Positions 9,548-19,510 are shown, counted from the stretch's first letter. The stretch: DNA of 37,489 nt from Candidatus Harrisonbacteria bacterium (GCA_016867415.1 VGJO01000003.1:1-37489), one strand, 5' to 3'. Notes: generated by a model not told the origin, from the sequence alone. Numbers and translations are program-made.

Positions 9548-9677
9548 TAATTTCCGAAAATTTTTTTCCAAAGACAAGACATTTCAGAAAAATATGCGAG
9601 AGGCATACATAAGGGAAGTATGTCGACCAAATATTTTTCTGAAATAACACAGTATTTGGGAAAAAAGACCAAAAATT
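9548..9677. repeat. ~130-bp palindromic repeat element, family 1, intergenic copy
   Basis: TAATTTC..TTTTTTCCAAAGACAAG..GAGGCATAC..GTATGTCGA..AACACAGTATTTGGGAAAAAAGAC..AAAATT; colinear with 15831..15960; internal arms ATTTCAGAAAAATAT/ATATTTTTCTGAAAT. Confidence 0.8.
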
Positions 9678-10432
9678 TATTTCAGATCAAAAGTGATGGA
9701 GACAGACGCCGCCACCTCTTGCGCCACTATCTCCATATCTTGTGTGGGCACCGCCGCGCACATCCCTCCATACGTCGGATTGTAAGAAGTAAAGTTTGAA
9801 TTTTCACTAAAAGAGTTTATTCCGCCAATCTTCTTATCCATCGCCTTGGCAATTCCCTTCGCTTTTTCCTTAGCTTTCACGATAGCTTCTTCTCTTGCGG
9901 CAGAAAGCGCCCCATCCTGATCAGAAAAAGTAAGACAGCTTCCATATCCTGATCCCGGAACAAACCCCGCTTCCTCTCCCGCTTTCATTACTTGGCTAAT
10001 CTTTTGAGAAAGCTTCACTGGATCCTTCTCTTCGAGCTTCACGTAGACATTCTTCGTATCTTGATAATCTCCCTCCGGAAATCCGCTATTGCCACTCGTA
10101 TATGAACTCGCCAAATAAATATCTTCTTTCTCTACTCCTGCGACCCCCATCACTTCATACAGCTTCTTGAAAAGTCCCGTTGATTGCCTTGACGCCGCCG
10201 CTTGGGTATCTCCTCTCCCTTCCACACTAAAAGAAATATATGCTTTATCCGGCACTGCTTTCGTCTTCGCCTCCACAGATACAGAAACGGTCCGATAAGA
10301 AGTCGGGCCACTTTGTACCCTTCCTACTACATCATATGCCGCCAATACCGCCGTAAAAACTATTAAAAGAAATAGTATATACACGCCCCATCGTACAAAC
10401 ATCTTTTCTCTTTCTCCTAAAATAGTATCCAT
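9677..10432 (-). CDS. SIMPL (DUF541) domain protein
   Basis: N-terminal TM; TVSVSVEAKTKAVPDKAYISFSVE; AREEAIVKAKEKAKGIAKAM; ends VAASVSITFDLK. Confidence 0.88.
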   Translation of the reverse strand: MDTILGEREKMFVRWGVYILFLLIVFTAVLAAYDVVGRVQSGPTSYRTVSVSVEAKTKAVPDKAYISFSVEGRGDTQAAASRQSTGLFKKLYEVMGVAGVEKEDIYLASSYTSGNSGFPEGDYQDTKNVYVKLEEKDPVKLSQKISQVMKAGEEAGFVPGSGYGSCLTFSDQDGALSAAREEAIVKAKEKAKGIAKAMDKKIGGINSFSENSNFTSYNPTYGGMCAAVPTQDMEIVAQEVAASVSITFDLK

Positions 10433-10518
10433 AAAGTTTTATTCCCTATTCTATCGCTTCCTATCTAAAAAACAAATCTTTTTTTTGTTATACTAAGCCA
10501 AATTTACCAGGGATCCCT

Positions 10519-10602
10519 CCTTGGCTTGTCGAAGCGTACTGTATCCCACCGGTTTCAGCTGCGCTGAAGTCTTAGCAAAAGTAGGAGCCTTTGGCGAAGG
10601 AG
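10519..10602. repeat. Degenerate REP-like short palindromes upstream of recG
   Basis: CCTTGGCTTGTCGAAGCG plus the tandem pair GAAGTCTTAGCAAAAGTAGG / AGCCTTTGGCGAAGGAG; recognised by pattern only. Confidence 0.35.
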
Positions 10603-10630
10603 AACTCTTAATTGAGACATTACTCATTCT

Positions 10631-12760
10631 ATGGTCCATCTCGATGACCGACTCAAAGACGTCAAAGGCCTTTCTCCCCGCTTTCTTCCTCATCTCGAAA
10701 AACTAGGCATTCACAGCATTCGCGATCTTCTCTCTCACTTTCCTACCCGTTATGAAGATTATCGTGAGCAAAAAAATATTAGCGATCTTATTCCCCGCGA
10801 ATCCGCCGCAATAAAAGGCCGGATCACCAAAGTCAGCCAAAAAAATATCTACCGGCGCCGGATGTCGATCATTGAAGCATATATAGAAGATGAGACTGGT
10901 ATAGTCCGCGCCGCCTGGTTTAATCAACCATATGTCGGTAAGCTCCTCTCCGAAGGCAAAGAAGTTATTTTGAAAGGCCGAGTCTCCGAAAGCAAAAAAG
11001 ATCTTTATTTTTCCTCACCTCTCATAGAAGACCCTCGCCTTGCTGAAAAAAAACGACCCTACCTCCTTGGTCACTATCCCGAGACTCGCGGCCTCACCTC
11101 CCGCGGCCTCCGCTATCTTTTAGATGGTGTAATAAAAAATATTGCTCCTATTCCCGACCCTCTTCCCTCATCTCTCCTGCAAAAAATTTCTCTTCCTGAT
11201 CTTCACTCCGCCTTCACCCACCTTCATTTTCCCCGCTCGCTTAAAGAAGCTGAAGTGAGCCGTGATCGCCTTATCTTTGACGACCTTCTCCTTCTCCAGC
11301 TCGTCAATCAAAAGACCCGTTCTCGTTTAGCAAAAGAAAAAGCTCACCCTATCCCTCACACCACTTCCGAGCTCGAGACCCTTCTTGCTTCCCTTCCCTA
11401 CACTCTCACTGCCACTCAAAGCCGTTCCCTAAAAGAAATACTCGCCGATATCGAAAATCCTCATCCCATGAACCGCCTCCTCGAGGGTGATGTCGGCTCC
11501 GGTAAAACAATCATTGCTTTAATTAGCATGCTTCTTGCCGCTCGTCGCCGTTTTTCTTCCTTTCTCCTCGCTCCCACCGAAATTCTCGCTCGCCAGCACT
11601 TTGACACACTCCAAAAATTCTTCATGGATCTTCTCGATGAATGGCGCATTAACGCCGCTCTCATTACCGGTGATGAGACCCGCCTTTTCCTAGGTAAAAA
11701 TCTCGTCTCCTCTCCCTCCAAACGTGAGCTCGCTCACCTTATAGAAAAAAACGAAGTCCGTCTCATAATCGGCACCCATACTCTCCTTGAAGAAAAGTGG
11801 CGCGGCAAAGATCTCGCCTTGACTGTGATCGACGAACAGCACCGCTTCGGCGTCCGCCAGCGCGCCGCTTTAAGTGGTAAAAAAAGTGACGGCATCTATC
11901 CTCACCTCCTCTCCATGTCCGCCACCCCCATCCCTCGCACACTTGCTCTCTCGATCTTTGGCGACTTAGATCTTTCAACCATTGAAGAACTCCCGAGTGG
12001 TAGAAAATCCGTCATCACTCGCATAATAAAAAAAGAAAATCGCCTCAAAGCCTACGAATTCATCCGCAAAGAAATTCACCTCGGTCGCCAAGCCTACATC
12101 ATCTGTCCCCGGGTAAAAAAATCCGACGATGAAAGCCTAGCTCCCAAAGACCTTAAAGACATTTTGAAGTATGAAATCAAAGCCGCCGAAGAAGAATTCA
12201 CTCGCCTCAAAAAAGAGATATTCCAAAAGGAACGTCTCGGCCTCCTCCACGGTAAATTAAAAAATGGCGAAAAAAACTCCATCATGAGCGCCTTCCACTC
12301 CGGCAAGATCGATATTCTCGTTTCCTCCTCCGTCGTCGAGATCGGCGTCGATGTGAAAAATGCCTGCGTAATCATGATTGAAGGCGCCGATCGCTTCGGC
12401 CTTGCCCAACTCCATCAGTTCCGCGGTCGCGTTGGTAGAGGGCAACATCAATCCTATTGTCTCCTCTTCACCGACAATGAATCCGAAAAATCCCTAACTC
12501 GCCTTCACTCCTTAGTCGAGTCCAAAAATGGCTTCGAGCTCGCCGAACGCGACCTCGCTCTCCGTGGCCCTGGCGAACTTCTTGGCGACTCCCAGACTGG
12601 CGTCCCTGATCTTGTCATGCGCTCGCTCCAAAACATCGACCTCCTCCGCCTCTCCCGTGAAGCCGCCACTGCCATAATAAAATCCGACCCTGATCTCAAA
12701 AATCATCCTCTCTTAAAATCCCAACTTTCCCTCTTTGAATCCTCTCTTCATTTAGAATAA
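10631..12760 (+). CDS. recG: ATP-dependent DNA helicase RecG
   Basis: MNRLLEGDVGSGKT, DEQHRFGVRQR, MSATPIPRTL, RFGLAQLHQFRGRVGRG, DLALRGPGELLG; N-terminal wedge/OB region. Confidence 0.98.
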   Translation: MVHLDDRLKDVKGLSPRFLPHLEKLGIHSIRDLLSHFPTRYEDYREQKNISDLIPRESAAIKGRITKVSQKNIYRRRMSIIEAYIEDETGIVRAAWFNQPYVGKLLSEGKEVILKGRVSESKKDLYFSSPLIEDPRLAEKKRPYLLGHYPETRGLTSRGLRYLLDGVIKNIAPIPDPLPSSLLQKISLPDLHSAFTHLHFPRSLKEAEVSRDRLIFDDLLLLQLVNQKTRSRLAKEKAHPIPHTTSELETLLASLPYTLTATQSRSLKEILADIENPHPMNRLLEGDVGSGKTIIALISMLLAARRRFSSFLLAPTEILARQHFDTLQKFFMDLLDEWRINAALITGDETRLFLGKNLVSSPSKRELAHLIEKNEVRLIIGTHTLLEEKWRGKDLALTVIDEQHRFGVRQRAALSGKKSDGIYPHLLSMSATPIPRTLALSIFGDLDLSTIEELPSGRKSVITRIIKKENRLKAYEFIRKEIHLGRQAYIICPRVKKSDDESLAPKDLKDILKYEIKAAEEEFTRLKKEIFQKERLGLLHGKLKNGEKNSIMSAFHSGKIDILVSSSVVEIGVDVKNACVIMIEGADRFGLAQLHQFRGRVGRGQHQSYCLLFTDNESEKSLTRLHSLVESKNGFELAERDLALRGPGELLGDSQTGVPDLVMRSLQNIDLLRLSREAATAIIKSDPDLKNHPLLKSQLSLFESSLHLE

Positions 12761-12789
12761 AAAACAAAAGTAGATTACAGAAAAGATGA

Positions 12790-12908
12790 AGATTTTTCCT
12801 TCAAGGCTAGAAGAAAATGGGGCTTACAAGGAAGCATAAGTACGCCGTATGTTGACGAATAGGCAAAAGCTTAGACAACGCCCTGGAGGAAAAAGACAAG
12901 CGAAAATA
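12790..12908. repeat. Palindromic repeat family 1, diverged intergenic copy
   Basis: GATTTTTCCTTCAAGG..GCATAAG..GTATGTTGAC..AACGCCCTGGAGGAAAAAGACAAGC; same landmarks as the 9548 and 15831 copies. Confidence 0.6.
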
Positions 12909-13128
12909 TAAAAAGATAGGAGTCTTCCCTCCCCCATCTCTTTTCCTAAGCAGTTCTTTGCATGTACACCTTTCCGAATTTTGGAAATGAAGAGTATCCA
13001 CTTTCAAACTCATAGATAAAGATCTGCCTCCAATCTTATCTTTTCCCTCATCTTGAATTTGCCCTAAAACCCAGTACACTATTTAAAATACTTTCCCGCC
13101 CATTGAAAACCATAGAAGGAGTTTCCTC

Positions 13129-13821
13129 ATGAATCCTGCTGTTCTTTCAAAACCCGCCATCCTTGCTGCAAAAGAACGGGGTGATATCGACATCACTCCG
13201 TTTAATGAAAAAAATCTTGCCAATACGAGCTATGATGTCACACTCGGTGAATACTATTACCGAGAACAACCCCCCGAATCGGGCTACACCATCTACAATC
13301 CCTGGCAAAATTCCGAAGTGACTCGAGTGTGGGGAAAAGGGTACTTTCAAGCTGTGCTTTTTTCCGAATGGAAACGAAAACATGGGGAACATCCTCAACT
13401 TGAAAAAGGCATCGCAAATAATAATAAAATAATCTGGCTCGCCCCTGGCGAAACTATCCTTGGCCACACCAATGAATTCATTGGGGGTAAAAATGGCATT
13501 ACGACCATGATGAAAGCCCGCTCCTCCATCGGTCGCAATTTCATTACTGTTTGCAAATGCGCTGGTTGGGGTGACATTGGCTACATCAATCGCTGGACCA
13601 TGGAAATCAGTAATGCTAGTCGCCACTATCACATTCCTCTGATAGTCGGTCGTCGTATTGCTCAAATCATCTTCTTTCCCTGCGAAGCAATTGGTAATGA
13701 AGATTACTATGGTCAAGGAGGAAAGTATCAAGTTGGTGGAGACATCAAAAAATTAACCAACTCCTGGCACCCTTCCATGATGCTTCCCCGCCTCTATGAA
13801 GACCGAGAAATAAAATCTTGA
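13129..13821 (+). CDS. dcd: dCTP deaminase (trimeric dUTPase-like family)
   Basis: SYDVTLG, LAPGETILGHTNE, ARSSIGR, AGWGDIGY, WTMEISN, RIAQIIF, YYGQGGKYQ; SD AAGGAG upstream. Confidence 0.88.
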   Translation: MNPAVLSKPAILAAKERGDIDITPFNEKNLANTSYDVTLGEYYYREQPPESGYTIYNPWQNSEVTRVWGKGYFQAVLFSEWKRKHGEHPQLEKGIANNNKIIWLAPGETILGHTNEFIGGKNGITTMMKARSSIGRNFITVCKCAGWGDIGYINRWTMEISNASRHYHIPLIVGRRIAQIIFFPCEAIGNEDYYGQGGKYQVGGDIKKLTNSWHPSMMLPRLYEDREIKS

Positions 13822-13835
13822 AAAAAGAAAGGAAC

Positions 13836-13871
13836 AAAAAATCCCGCGAACACCTCGCGGGATTTATTTTT
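13836..13871. terminator. Bidirectional terminator between convergent genes
   Basis: AAAAAATCCCGCGA-ACACC-TCGCGGGATTTATTTTT. Confidence 0.8.
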
Positions 13872-13889
13872 GCAGTCACGAAAAAAATT

Positions 13890-14441
13890 TTATTTCTTCA
13901 TGACCACCAGCACAGTTTCCTGAAACGCTCCGGGAAACCCTTCAATCTCATCAAGCGCCATGAAATTTGGTTGAGGAGGGATATTCGGATGAGGTAAGTG
14001 AATTGCCGGAACATACCGGATCCCCTCCTCATCTCGGCCCACACTTCCTAAAAAAACCATGACCGCCGGACAAATCTCCTCTTTCACCACAAACTTCGCC
14101 TGCAAAAATTGAGACAAAGCCCCTAGTTGCAGACATGGCCGATCTTCATACAAAGAAAGGACGGACTCCACCGGCGTTTTACAGCTCGGACTACCAATCA
14201 TATCCACGTCAAAGTAATCATAGATATCAAATTCCATTGGTAATCGCAACACCTCGTTGCATCTTCCCGAAGGCTGATCCAAAGGAAAAAGTTTCATTCC
14301 CTTCCGCCTGAATTGTATCCGAGAAAAGCTATCCGTTGAATTAATCTCTCGCTCTAAAGAACAAAACACTTTTCTCCATTGCCTTCGTGACGCAGGTGCA
14401 ATCATCTTTCTATCCTCCTTTCTAAGGAGATGCTTTTTCAA
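13890..14441 (-). CDS. Hypothetical protein
   Basis: 183-aa ORF overlapping the upstream gene; start uncertain (TTG 14441 or ATG ~14405). Confidence 0.6.
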   Translation of the reverse strand: MKKHLLRKEDRKMIAPASRRQWRKVFCSLEREINSTDSFSRIQFRRKGMKLFPLDQPSGRCNEVLRLPMEFDIYDYFDVDMIGSPSCKTPVESVLSLYEDRPCLQLGALSQFLQAKFVVKEEICPAVMVFLGSVGRDEEGIRYVPAIHLPHPNIPPQPNFMALDEIEGFPGAFQETVLVVMKK

Positions 14442-14991
14442 TCACCTCATGCTGAGTCACCTTCATCTTCCCACCATTCTTGAGACATACTACTCCCACT
14501 TCACCCATAATCCCTTCTCCACGAAAGTATGCAGCAAGATCCACCCACTCCTCCGCTAGAATTCCCCTTATATCCGAGATGAGTCCATAGCAATAAAAGT
14601 CAGAGGTCGATCCATACCGTCGCAAGATAGGAAAGGGAAACAAGCTATGCAGAATAGTATTCGTCCGCAAGAGTGTATTCTCCGCCTCTCTCTTCAAATC
14701 CTCATACGAGAAAAAAGCTCGCCCCACCGCATACGTCCCAATCCCATCCTCCGATATAAGATACCCTAGAAATGCGTTCAAATCTTTCGGCGGCGTCAAA
14801 ATTTTTTTCAAAATTAGGGGCAATGAATTAGAAGTAATCATTACCTCCGTGTCTGTGTCTAGTTGCGTTTGCTTCTCATACTCCACCAAAATTTTTTTCC
14901 CCGCCACTTCAATAAGAGACGGGATCATTTCCTGATGATTTCGCATCTTGGGCAACTGAATTGGCGAAGTCCCCACCGATCTGGTAGCCAT
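14422..14991 (-). CDS. Hypothetical protein
   Basis: 189-aa ORF, ATG preceded by AAAGGA. Confidence 0.65.
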   Translation of the reverse strand: MATRSVGTSPIQLPKMRNHQEMIPSLIEVAGKKILVEYEKQTQLDTDTEVMITSNSLPLILKKILTPPKDLNAFLGYLISEDGIGTYAVGRAFFSYEDLKREAENTLLRTNTILHSLFPFPILRRYGSTSDFYCYGLISDIRGILAEEWVDLAAYFRGEGIMGEVGVVCLKNGGKMKVTQHEVIEKASP

Positions 14992-15278
14992 TAGAAGTCC
15001 TTTCTTTATCTACAGGAAAAGCAAGAAGAAGGTTCCTCTTCTCACTAAGTTAAATTCTCAACGTCCTAAAAACCCACTTTGAAATTACCTTGCTTTCCTT
15101 AAAAAGTAAAGAGAAATCCTTTTCAAAAGAAAGTTTTTATGTTTATATAAATAACCCTCTAGTTTTTATTAAAAAATACTCGCTCTGCAAAAGCGCATAA
15201 TTTTTGGACGAGTCTCCACTGGCAATTAGCTCTCTTAAACTAAAAAATAAAAGAATTAGTAAAAAAGAACTAAAATGA

Positions 15279-15392
15279 GCTAGATCAGCGAGGCTCCCCA
15301 TTTCTTTTCGAGGAGCTACCGGAGCATACTAAGGGAAGTCTGTAAGGAGATACCGCAGGAAAAAACGGGAAAATTCGCCAAAAAGACAAGCT
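15279..15392. repeat. Palindromic repeat related to family 1 (most diverged copy)
   Basis: Core GCATACTAAGGGAAGTCTGT vs GCATACATAAGGGAAGTATGT at 9603; ends AAAAAGACAAGC like the 12790 copy. Confidence 0.5.
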
Positions 15393-15399
15393 TAATAGA

Positions 15400-16608
15400 A
15401 TGAAGAAAATCCTCGCCATCGAAACCAGCTGCGACGACACAGGCCTCGCTTATGTAGAATGCGAAGGTTCTTTTCCTGATGCTATTTTCAAAGTCATTTC
15501 TTCTCGTCTCTCCTCCCAGACGCTCACTCACTCCCCCTATGGTGGTGTCGTCCCCATGCTCGCGAAGCGTGAACATATCAAAAATCTCCCCCTCCTCCTC
15601 GAAGAAATAAAAAAAGAATTCCGAGGAAAAAATATTCCTTTCACTCCGGATGAAATAGCAGTCACGATCGGACCCGGCCTTGAGCCCGCTCTCTGGGCCG
15701 GCCTCGAATTTGCCAAAAGCTTAGCCACCGAACTCAACCTCCCCCTAGTCGGCGTCAATCACCTCGAAGGCCATATCTACTCCAATTGGTTAAATGAAAA
15801 GAGCGAAAAAGAGACGTCACAAAGCAGAAGTAATTTCGCTGGATTTTTTCCCAAAGACAAGGCGCAAGTGAGCAATACTCGCGAGGCATATGTAAGAGTG
15901 AATGTCGAGCGAGAAAGCGAAGCGAGCAACGCAGTATCCGGGAAAAAAGACGCAAAATTACCTTTACCAGCATTAATTTTATTAGTCTCCGGCGGCCACA
16001 CCATCCTCCTCCTGATGAAAGCCCAAAATGATTTTCAAATTCTCGGCGAGACTCGCGACGACGCCGTCGGTGAAGCCTTTGACAAGGTGGCAAAAATGCT
16101 TGGTCTCCCCTACCCCGGCGGCCCTGAGATCGAACGCCTCACACGCTATCATTCTGGACTTGATCTGGAATCCAGTAAATGTAAGCTACCAAACTCCTCA
16201 TCTCTTATAAAATTTCCAAGACCAATGATCAATTCCAAAGACTATGATTTTTCCTTCTCAGGCTTAAAAACCGCCGTCCTCTATCATCTCCGCGACAATC
16301 CAATAAAAAACGACGAGAATAAAGCTCTCATTGCCGCCTCTTTCCAAGCCGCCGTTTTTGATCTTTTGAAAAGTAAAATAAAAAAAGCTATCAACGAATT
16401 TCACCCCATATCCCTTTTCCTCTGCGGCGGCGTCGCTATGAACTCCCTTCTCCGCACTGCTCTCACACAAGTAGCAAACGAATCCGAAATCACCTTTCAT
16501 GCCCCTGCTCCTGGCCTCAACTCCGACAATGCCATCATGATCGCTTTCGCCGCCTACCTTGGCCGTCCCTACCCTACAAGCACCGTCCATGGCCACCTTT
16601 CTCTTTAG
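15400..16608 (+). CDS. tsaD: tRNA N6-adenosine threonylcarbamoyltransferase TsaD with two in-frame repeat-derived inserts
   Basis: ILAIETSCDDT, YGGVVP, GPGL, VNHLEGH, LVSGGHT, GETRDDAVGEAFDK, FSFSGLKT, GGVAMN, DNAIMIA. Confidence 0.97.
   Translation: MKKILAIETSCDDTGLAYVECEGSFPDAIFKVISSRLSSQTLTHSPYGGVVPMLAKREHIKNLPLLLEEIKKEFRGKNIPFTPDEIAVTIGPGLEPALWAGLEFAKSLATELNLPLVGVNHLEGHIYSNWLNEKSEKETSQSRSNFAGFFPKDKAQVSNTREAYVRVNVERESEASNAVSGKKDAKLPLPALILLVSGGHTILLLMKAQNDFQILGETRDDAVGEAFDKVAKMLGLPYPGGPEIERLTRYHSGLDLESSKCKLPNSSSLIKFPRPMINSKDYDFSFSGLKTAVLYHLRDNPIKNDENKALIAASFQAAVFDLLKSKIKKAINEFHPISLFLCGGVAMNSLLRTALTQVANESEITFHAPAPGLNSDNAIMIAFAAYLGRPYPTSTVHGHLSL
15831..15960. repeat. Palindromic repeat family 1, in-frame copy inside tsaD
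   Basis: TAATTTC..TTTTTTCCCAAAGACAAGGCG..GAGGCATATG..ATGTCGAG..AACGCAGTATCCGGGAAAAAAGAC..AAAATTA; same length as the 9548 copy; translated as NFAGFFPKDKAQ...SGKKDAKL. Confidence 0.82.
16147..16174. repeat. Short REP-like palindrome, family 2, in frame inside tsaD
   Basis: TATCATTCTGGACTTGATCTGGAATCCA (YHSGLDLES); 24/28 identical to 18465..18492. Confidence 0.75.
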
Positions 16609-16643
16609 ATATTAGTCTTTTTTGGTTAGTATTAATTGAAATT

Positions 16644-18842
16644 ATGGCTCTCCCTGAGATTTTCAAAACTCCCTACAACCCTAAAGATCACGAAAAAAGA
16701 ATATATGAAGCCGAACTCTCCTCCGGCCTCTTCAACCCCGACAATCTAGAAAACACTGGTAAGCCCCCCTACGTCATCATGATGCCTCCGCCAAATGTCA
16801 CTGGTGTCCTTCATATGGGCCATGCTCTCATGCTCACAATCGAAGACATCTTAATCCGCTACAAGCGCCTCCAGGGCTACCGCACTCTCTGGCTTCCCGG
16901 CACTGATCACGCCGCAATCGCCACCCAAGTTCGCGTCGAAAAAGATCTGCAAAAAAAAGAAGGGAAATCCCGCTTCGATCTCGGTCGTGATGACTTTTTA
17001 AAACTAGTAGAAAAATTCGCTTTTGATTCTCATGACACCATCACCTCTCAGATCAAAATAATGGGTGCCTCCTGCGACTGGAGCCGTGAAGCGTATACTC
17101 TTGATGAAAAACGCAACCAAGCCGTCAATACCGTTTTCAAAAAAATGCATAACGACGGCCTTATCTACCAAGGCTACCGCGTGGTCAATTTTGATGTGAA
17201 GGGTGGTACGGTAGTAAGTGATGATGAGCTCGTCTATGAAGAACGTGACGCCACTCTCTACACCTTCCGCTATTCTCCCGAATTCCCTATTGAGATCGCG
17301 ACTACTCGCCCCGAGACCAAAGTTGGCGACACCGCCGTCGCCGTTCATCCCGACGACCCCCGCTACCAAAGCTATATTGGCAAAGATTATTCTTTTGATT
17401 TTTGCCATGTCCCTGTCTCAGTCAAAATCATCGCCGACCCTTCTGTAGAAAAAGATTTTGGCACCGGCGCGCTTGGCGTCACTCCAGCGCATAGCTTAAT
17501 CGATGCTGACATTGCCGAGCGGCATCATCTCCCTCTAAAGCAAGTCATCTCTGAACGCGGCCGCATGATTAACACGATCCCCGCCCTTGATGGCAAAAAG
17601 ACTCTTGAAGCCCGTGAAACCATTGTCTCCTGGCTGAAGGAAAATAATCTCATAAGCAAAGAAGAAAAGATTAAGCAAAATGTCGCTACTGCCGAACGCA
17701 CGAGCGGCATCATTGAGCCTCTTCCGAAAAAACAATGGTTTGTGGCGGTCAATAAATCATTCTCCCTCCCCCACTCCGCAATCCCTGGTATAGAAAGCGG
17801 GAGCACTACTACCTTGAAAGAAATTATGAAGCGCAGTGTAGAATCTGGTGCTATCACTATCAAGCCCGCTCACTTTGCAAAGACCTACTTCAACTGGGTC
17901 GACAATCTCCGCGACTGGTGTGTGAGTCGCCAAATCTGGTTTGGCCACCGTATCCCCGTCTGGTATCGAAATGAAGAAATAGTAGTGAGTGGAGATAAGC
18001 CCGAAGGTGAGGGCTGGATCCAAGACGAAGACACCCTCGACACATGGTTTTCCTCCGCCCTTTGGACTTTCTCTACGCTCGGCTGGCCAGAAAAAACCAA
18101 AGATTTAAAAACTTTTCACCCCACTGATGTCCTCGAGACTGGTTACGAAATTATTTTCTTCTGGGTCGCCCGCATGATTATGATGAGTGGCTATGCTCTC
18201 GGTGAAATTCCTTTTCGTCACATTCTCCTCCACGGCACCGTCCGCGATGCGCAAGGCCGCAAGATGAGCAAGTCATTAGGTAATGGCATCGATCCTTTAG
18301 ACATCGCCGAGAAATACGGCGCCGACGCCGGCCGCCTCGCATTAGTCTACGGCACCGCTCCCGGTACCGATAGCAAAATAAGCGAGGAAAAAATCAAAGG
18401 CATGAAACATTTTGCAAATAAGCTCTGGAACATCGCCCGCTTCATCCTCGAAAATACCGAAGATTGTCATTCCAGACTTGATCTGGAATCTATAAAAAAG
18501 AACCCTTCCTTAACTACCGCCGATAAAGCCATCCTCTCCTCTTTCGAAAACACCGTAAAAAAAGTCGAGGCCGATCTTGAAGCGCAGGATCTGCACACCG
18601 CCGCCGAAGAGCTCTACTCCTTTGTCTGGATGAAGTTTGCCGACGAGTATCTCGAAGTAAGCAAACTTCAACTCAAAAACGAAACACAAAAAGAATCCAC
18701 ACAAAAAATTCTTCTCTATCTCCTAGAAAATTCCTTAATCCTTCTCCATCCCTTCATCCCCTTTGTCACCGAAGCGATTTATGAACATATCCCCGATCGT
18801 CCGTCCACGCTACTATTAGTAGCAAGATGGCCCTCTCTTTAA
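16644..18842 (+). CDS. valS: Valine--tRNA ligase (short form, apparently lacking the C-terminal coiled-coil arm)
   Basis: PPPNVTGVLHMGH, GTDHAAIATQ, ATTRPET, DWCVSRQIWFGHRIP, DTWFSS, KMSKS; 732 aa ending just after LLHPFIPFVTE...WP. Confidence 0.97.
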   Translation: MALPEIFKTPYNPKDHEKRIYEAELSSGLFNPDNLENTGKPPYVIMMPPPNVTGVLHMGHALMLTIEDILIRYKRLQGYRTLWLPGTDHAAIATQVRVEKDLQKKEGKSRFDLGRDDFLKLVEKFAFDSHDTITSQIKIMGASCDWSREAYTLDEKRNQAVNTVFKKMHNDGLIYQGYRVVNFDVKGGTVVSDDELVYEERDATLYTFRYSPEFPIEIATTRPETKVGDTAVAVHPDDPRYQSYIGKDYSFDFCHVPVSVKIIADPSVEKDFGTGALGVTPAHSLIDADIAERHHLPLKQVISERGRMINTIPALDGKKTLEARETIVSWLKENNLISKEEKIKQNVATAERTSGIIEPLPKKQWFVAVNKSFSLPHSAIPGIESGSTTTLKEIMKRSVESGAITIKPAHFAKTYFNWVDNLRDWCVSRQIWFGHRIPVWYRNEEIVVSGDKPEGEGWIQDEDTLDTWFSSALWTFSTLGWPEKTKDLKTFHPTDVLETGYEIIFFWVARMIMMSGYALGEIPFRHILLHGTVRDAQGRKMSKSLGNGIDPLDIAEKYGADAGRLALVYGTAPGTDSKISEEKIKGMKHFANKLWNIARFILENTEDCHSRLDLESIKKNPSLTTADKAILSSFENTVKKVEADLEAQDLHTAAEELYSFVWMKFADEYLEVSKLQLKNETQKESTQKILLYLLENSLILLHPFIPFVTEAIYEHIPDRPSTLLLVARWPSL
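18465..18492. repeat. Short REP-like palindrome, family 2, in frame inside valS
   Basis: TGTCATTCCAGACTTGATCTGGAATCTA (CHSRLDLES); stem ATTCCAGA/TCTGGAAT. Confidence 0.78.
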
Positions 18843-19510
18843 TTCTTGGACTCATAGGACTTCTTCCTAGTCTCATCTGGCTCACTTTTTTTCTATTTGA
18901 AGATCGCCACGAACCCGAACCAAAACTCCTTCTCCTTTCCGCCTTTCTCCTCGGCGGCTCTATGACCTTCATTGCTTTTTTCCTTCAGCTCTTCACTCAA
19001 AAAGTTCATCTCGCTCTTGGCCTAGGATCTAATTCTGTCTATCTTATCCTCACTTTTGCTCTTCTGGAAGAATTATTAAAATTCCTGGTCGTCTTCCTTC
19101 TTTTCTATCCCATAAAAGCCTTTGACGAACCCATCGACGCCATGATCTACCTCATCTCCGTCTCTCTCGGCTTCGCCGCCGTCGAAAACATTGTTTATAT
19201 TCTTAAAACCGGCGCCTCCCAAGTTGGTCTCGAGACGATCGTTCTCCGCTTCATGGGCGCCACCCTTCTTCACGCGCTTTCTTCTGGTATTATCGGCTAC
19301 GCCTGGGGCAAGACCCTCGCTGAAAAAAATAAATCTTGGATCTCTCTTCCTGAAGGCCTTATTCTTGGTACCATCGTTCACTTCTTCTTCAATGTCGCCA
19401 TCCTCCGCTTCGGCTTCACGAGCTACATCCTCCTCTTCCTCATCTGCGTCGCCTTCTTCGTTCTCCTCGACTTCGAACGCTTGAAGACTCCTATCAATCT
19501 CATTAAATAA
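18827..19510 (+). CDS. prsW: PrsW-family intramembrane protease
   Basis: DRHEPEP, ALLEELLK (EExxK), FDEPIDAMIY, GFAAVEN, LLHALSS, HFFFN; multi-TM. Confidence 0.92.
   Translation: MALSLILGLIGLLPSLIWLTFFLFEDRHEPEPKLLLLSAFLLGGSMTFIAFFLQLFTQKVHLALGLGSNSVYLILTFALLEELLKFLVVFLLFYPIKAFDEPIDAMIYLISVSLGFAAVENIVYILKTGASQVGLETIVLRFMGATLLHALSSGIIGYAWGKTLAEKNKSWISLPEGLILGTIVHFFFNVAILRFGFTSYILLFLICVAFFVLLDFERLKTPINLIK

Noticed and set aside
15790-15960. Intein or intron in tsaD
   Set aside because: The insert is only ~50 aa, lacks intein Cys/Ser...His-Asn ends, keeps the frame, and is explained by the palindromic repeat.
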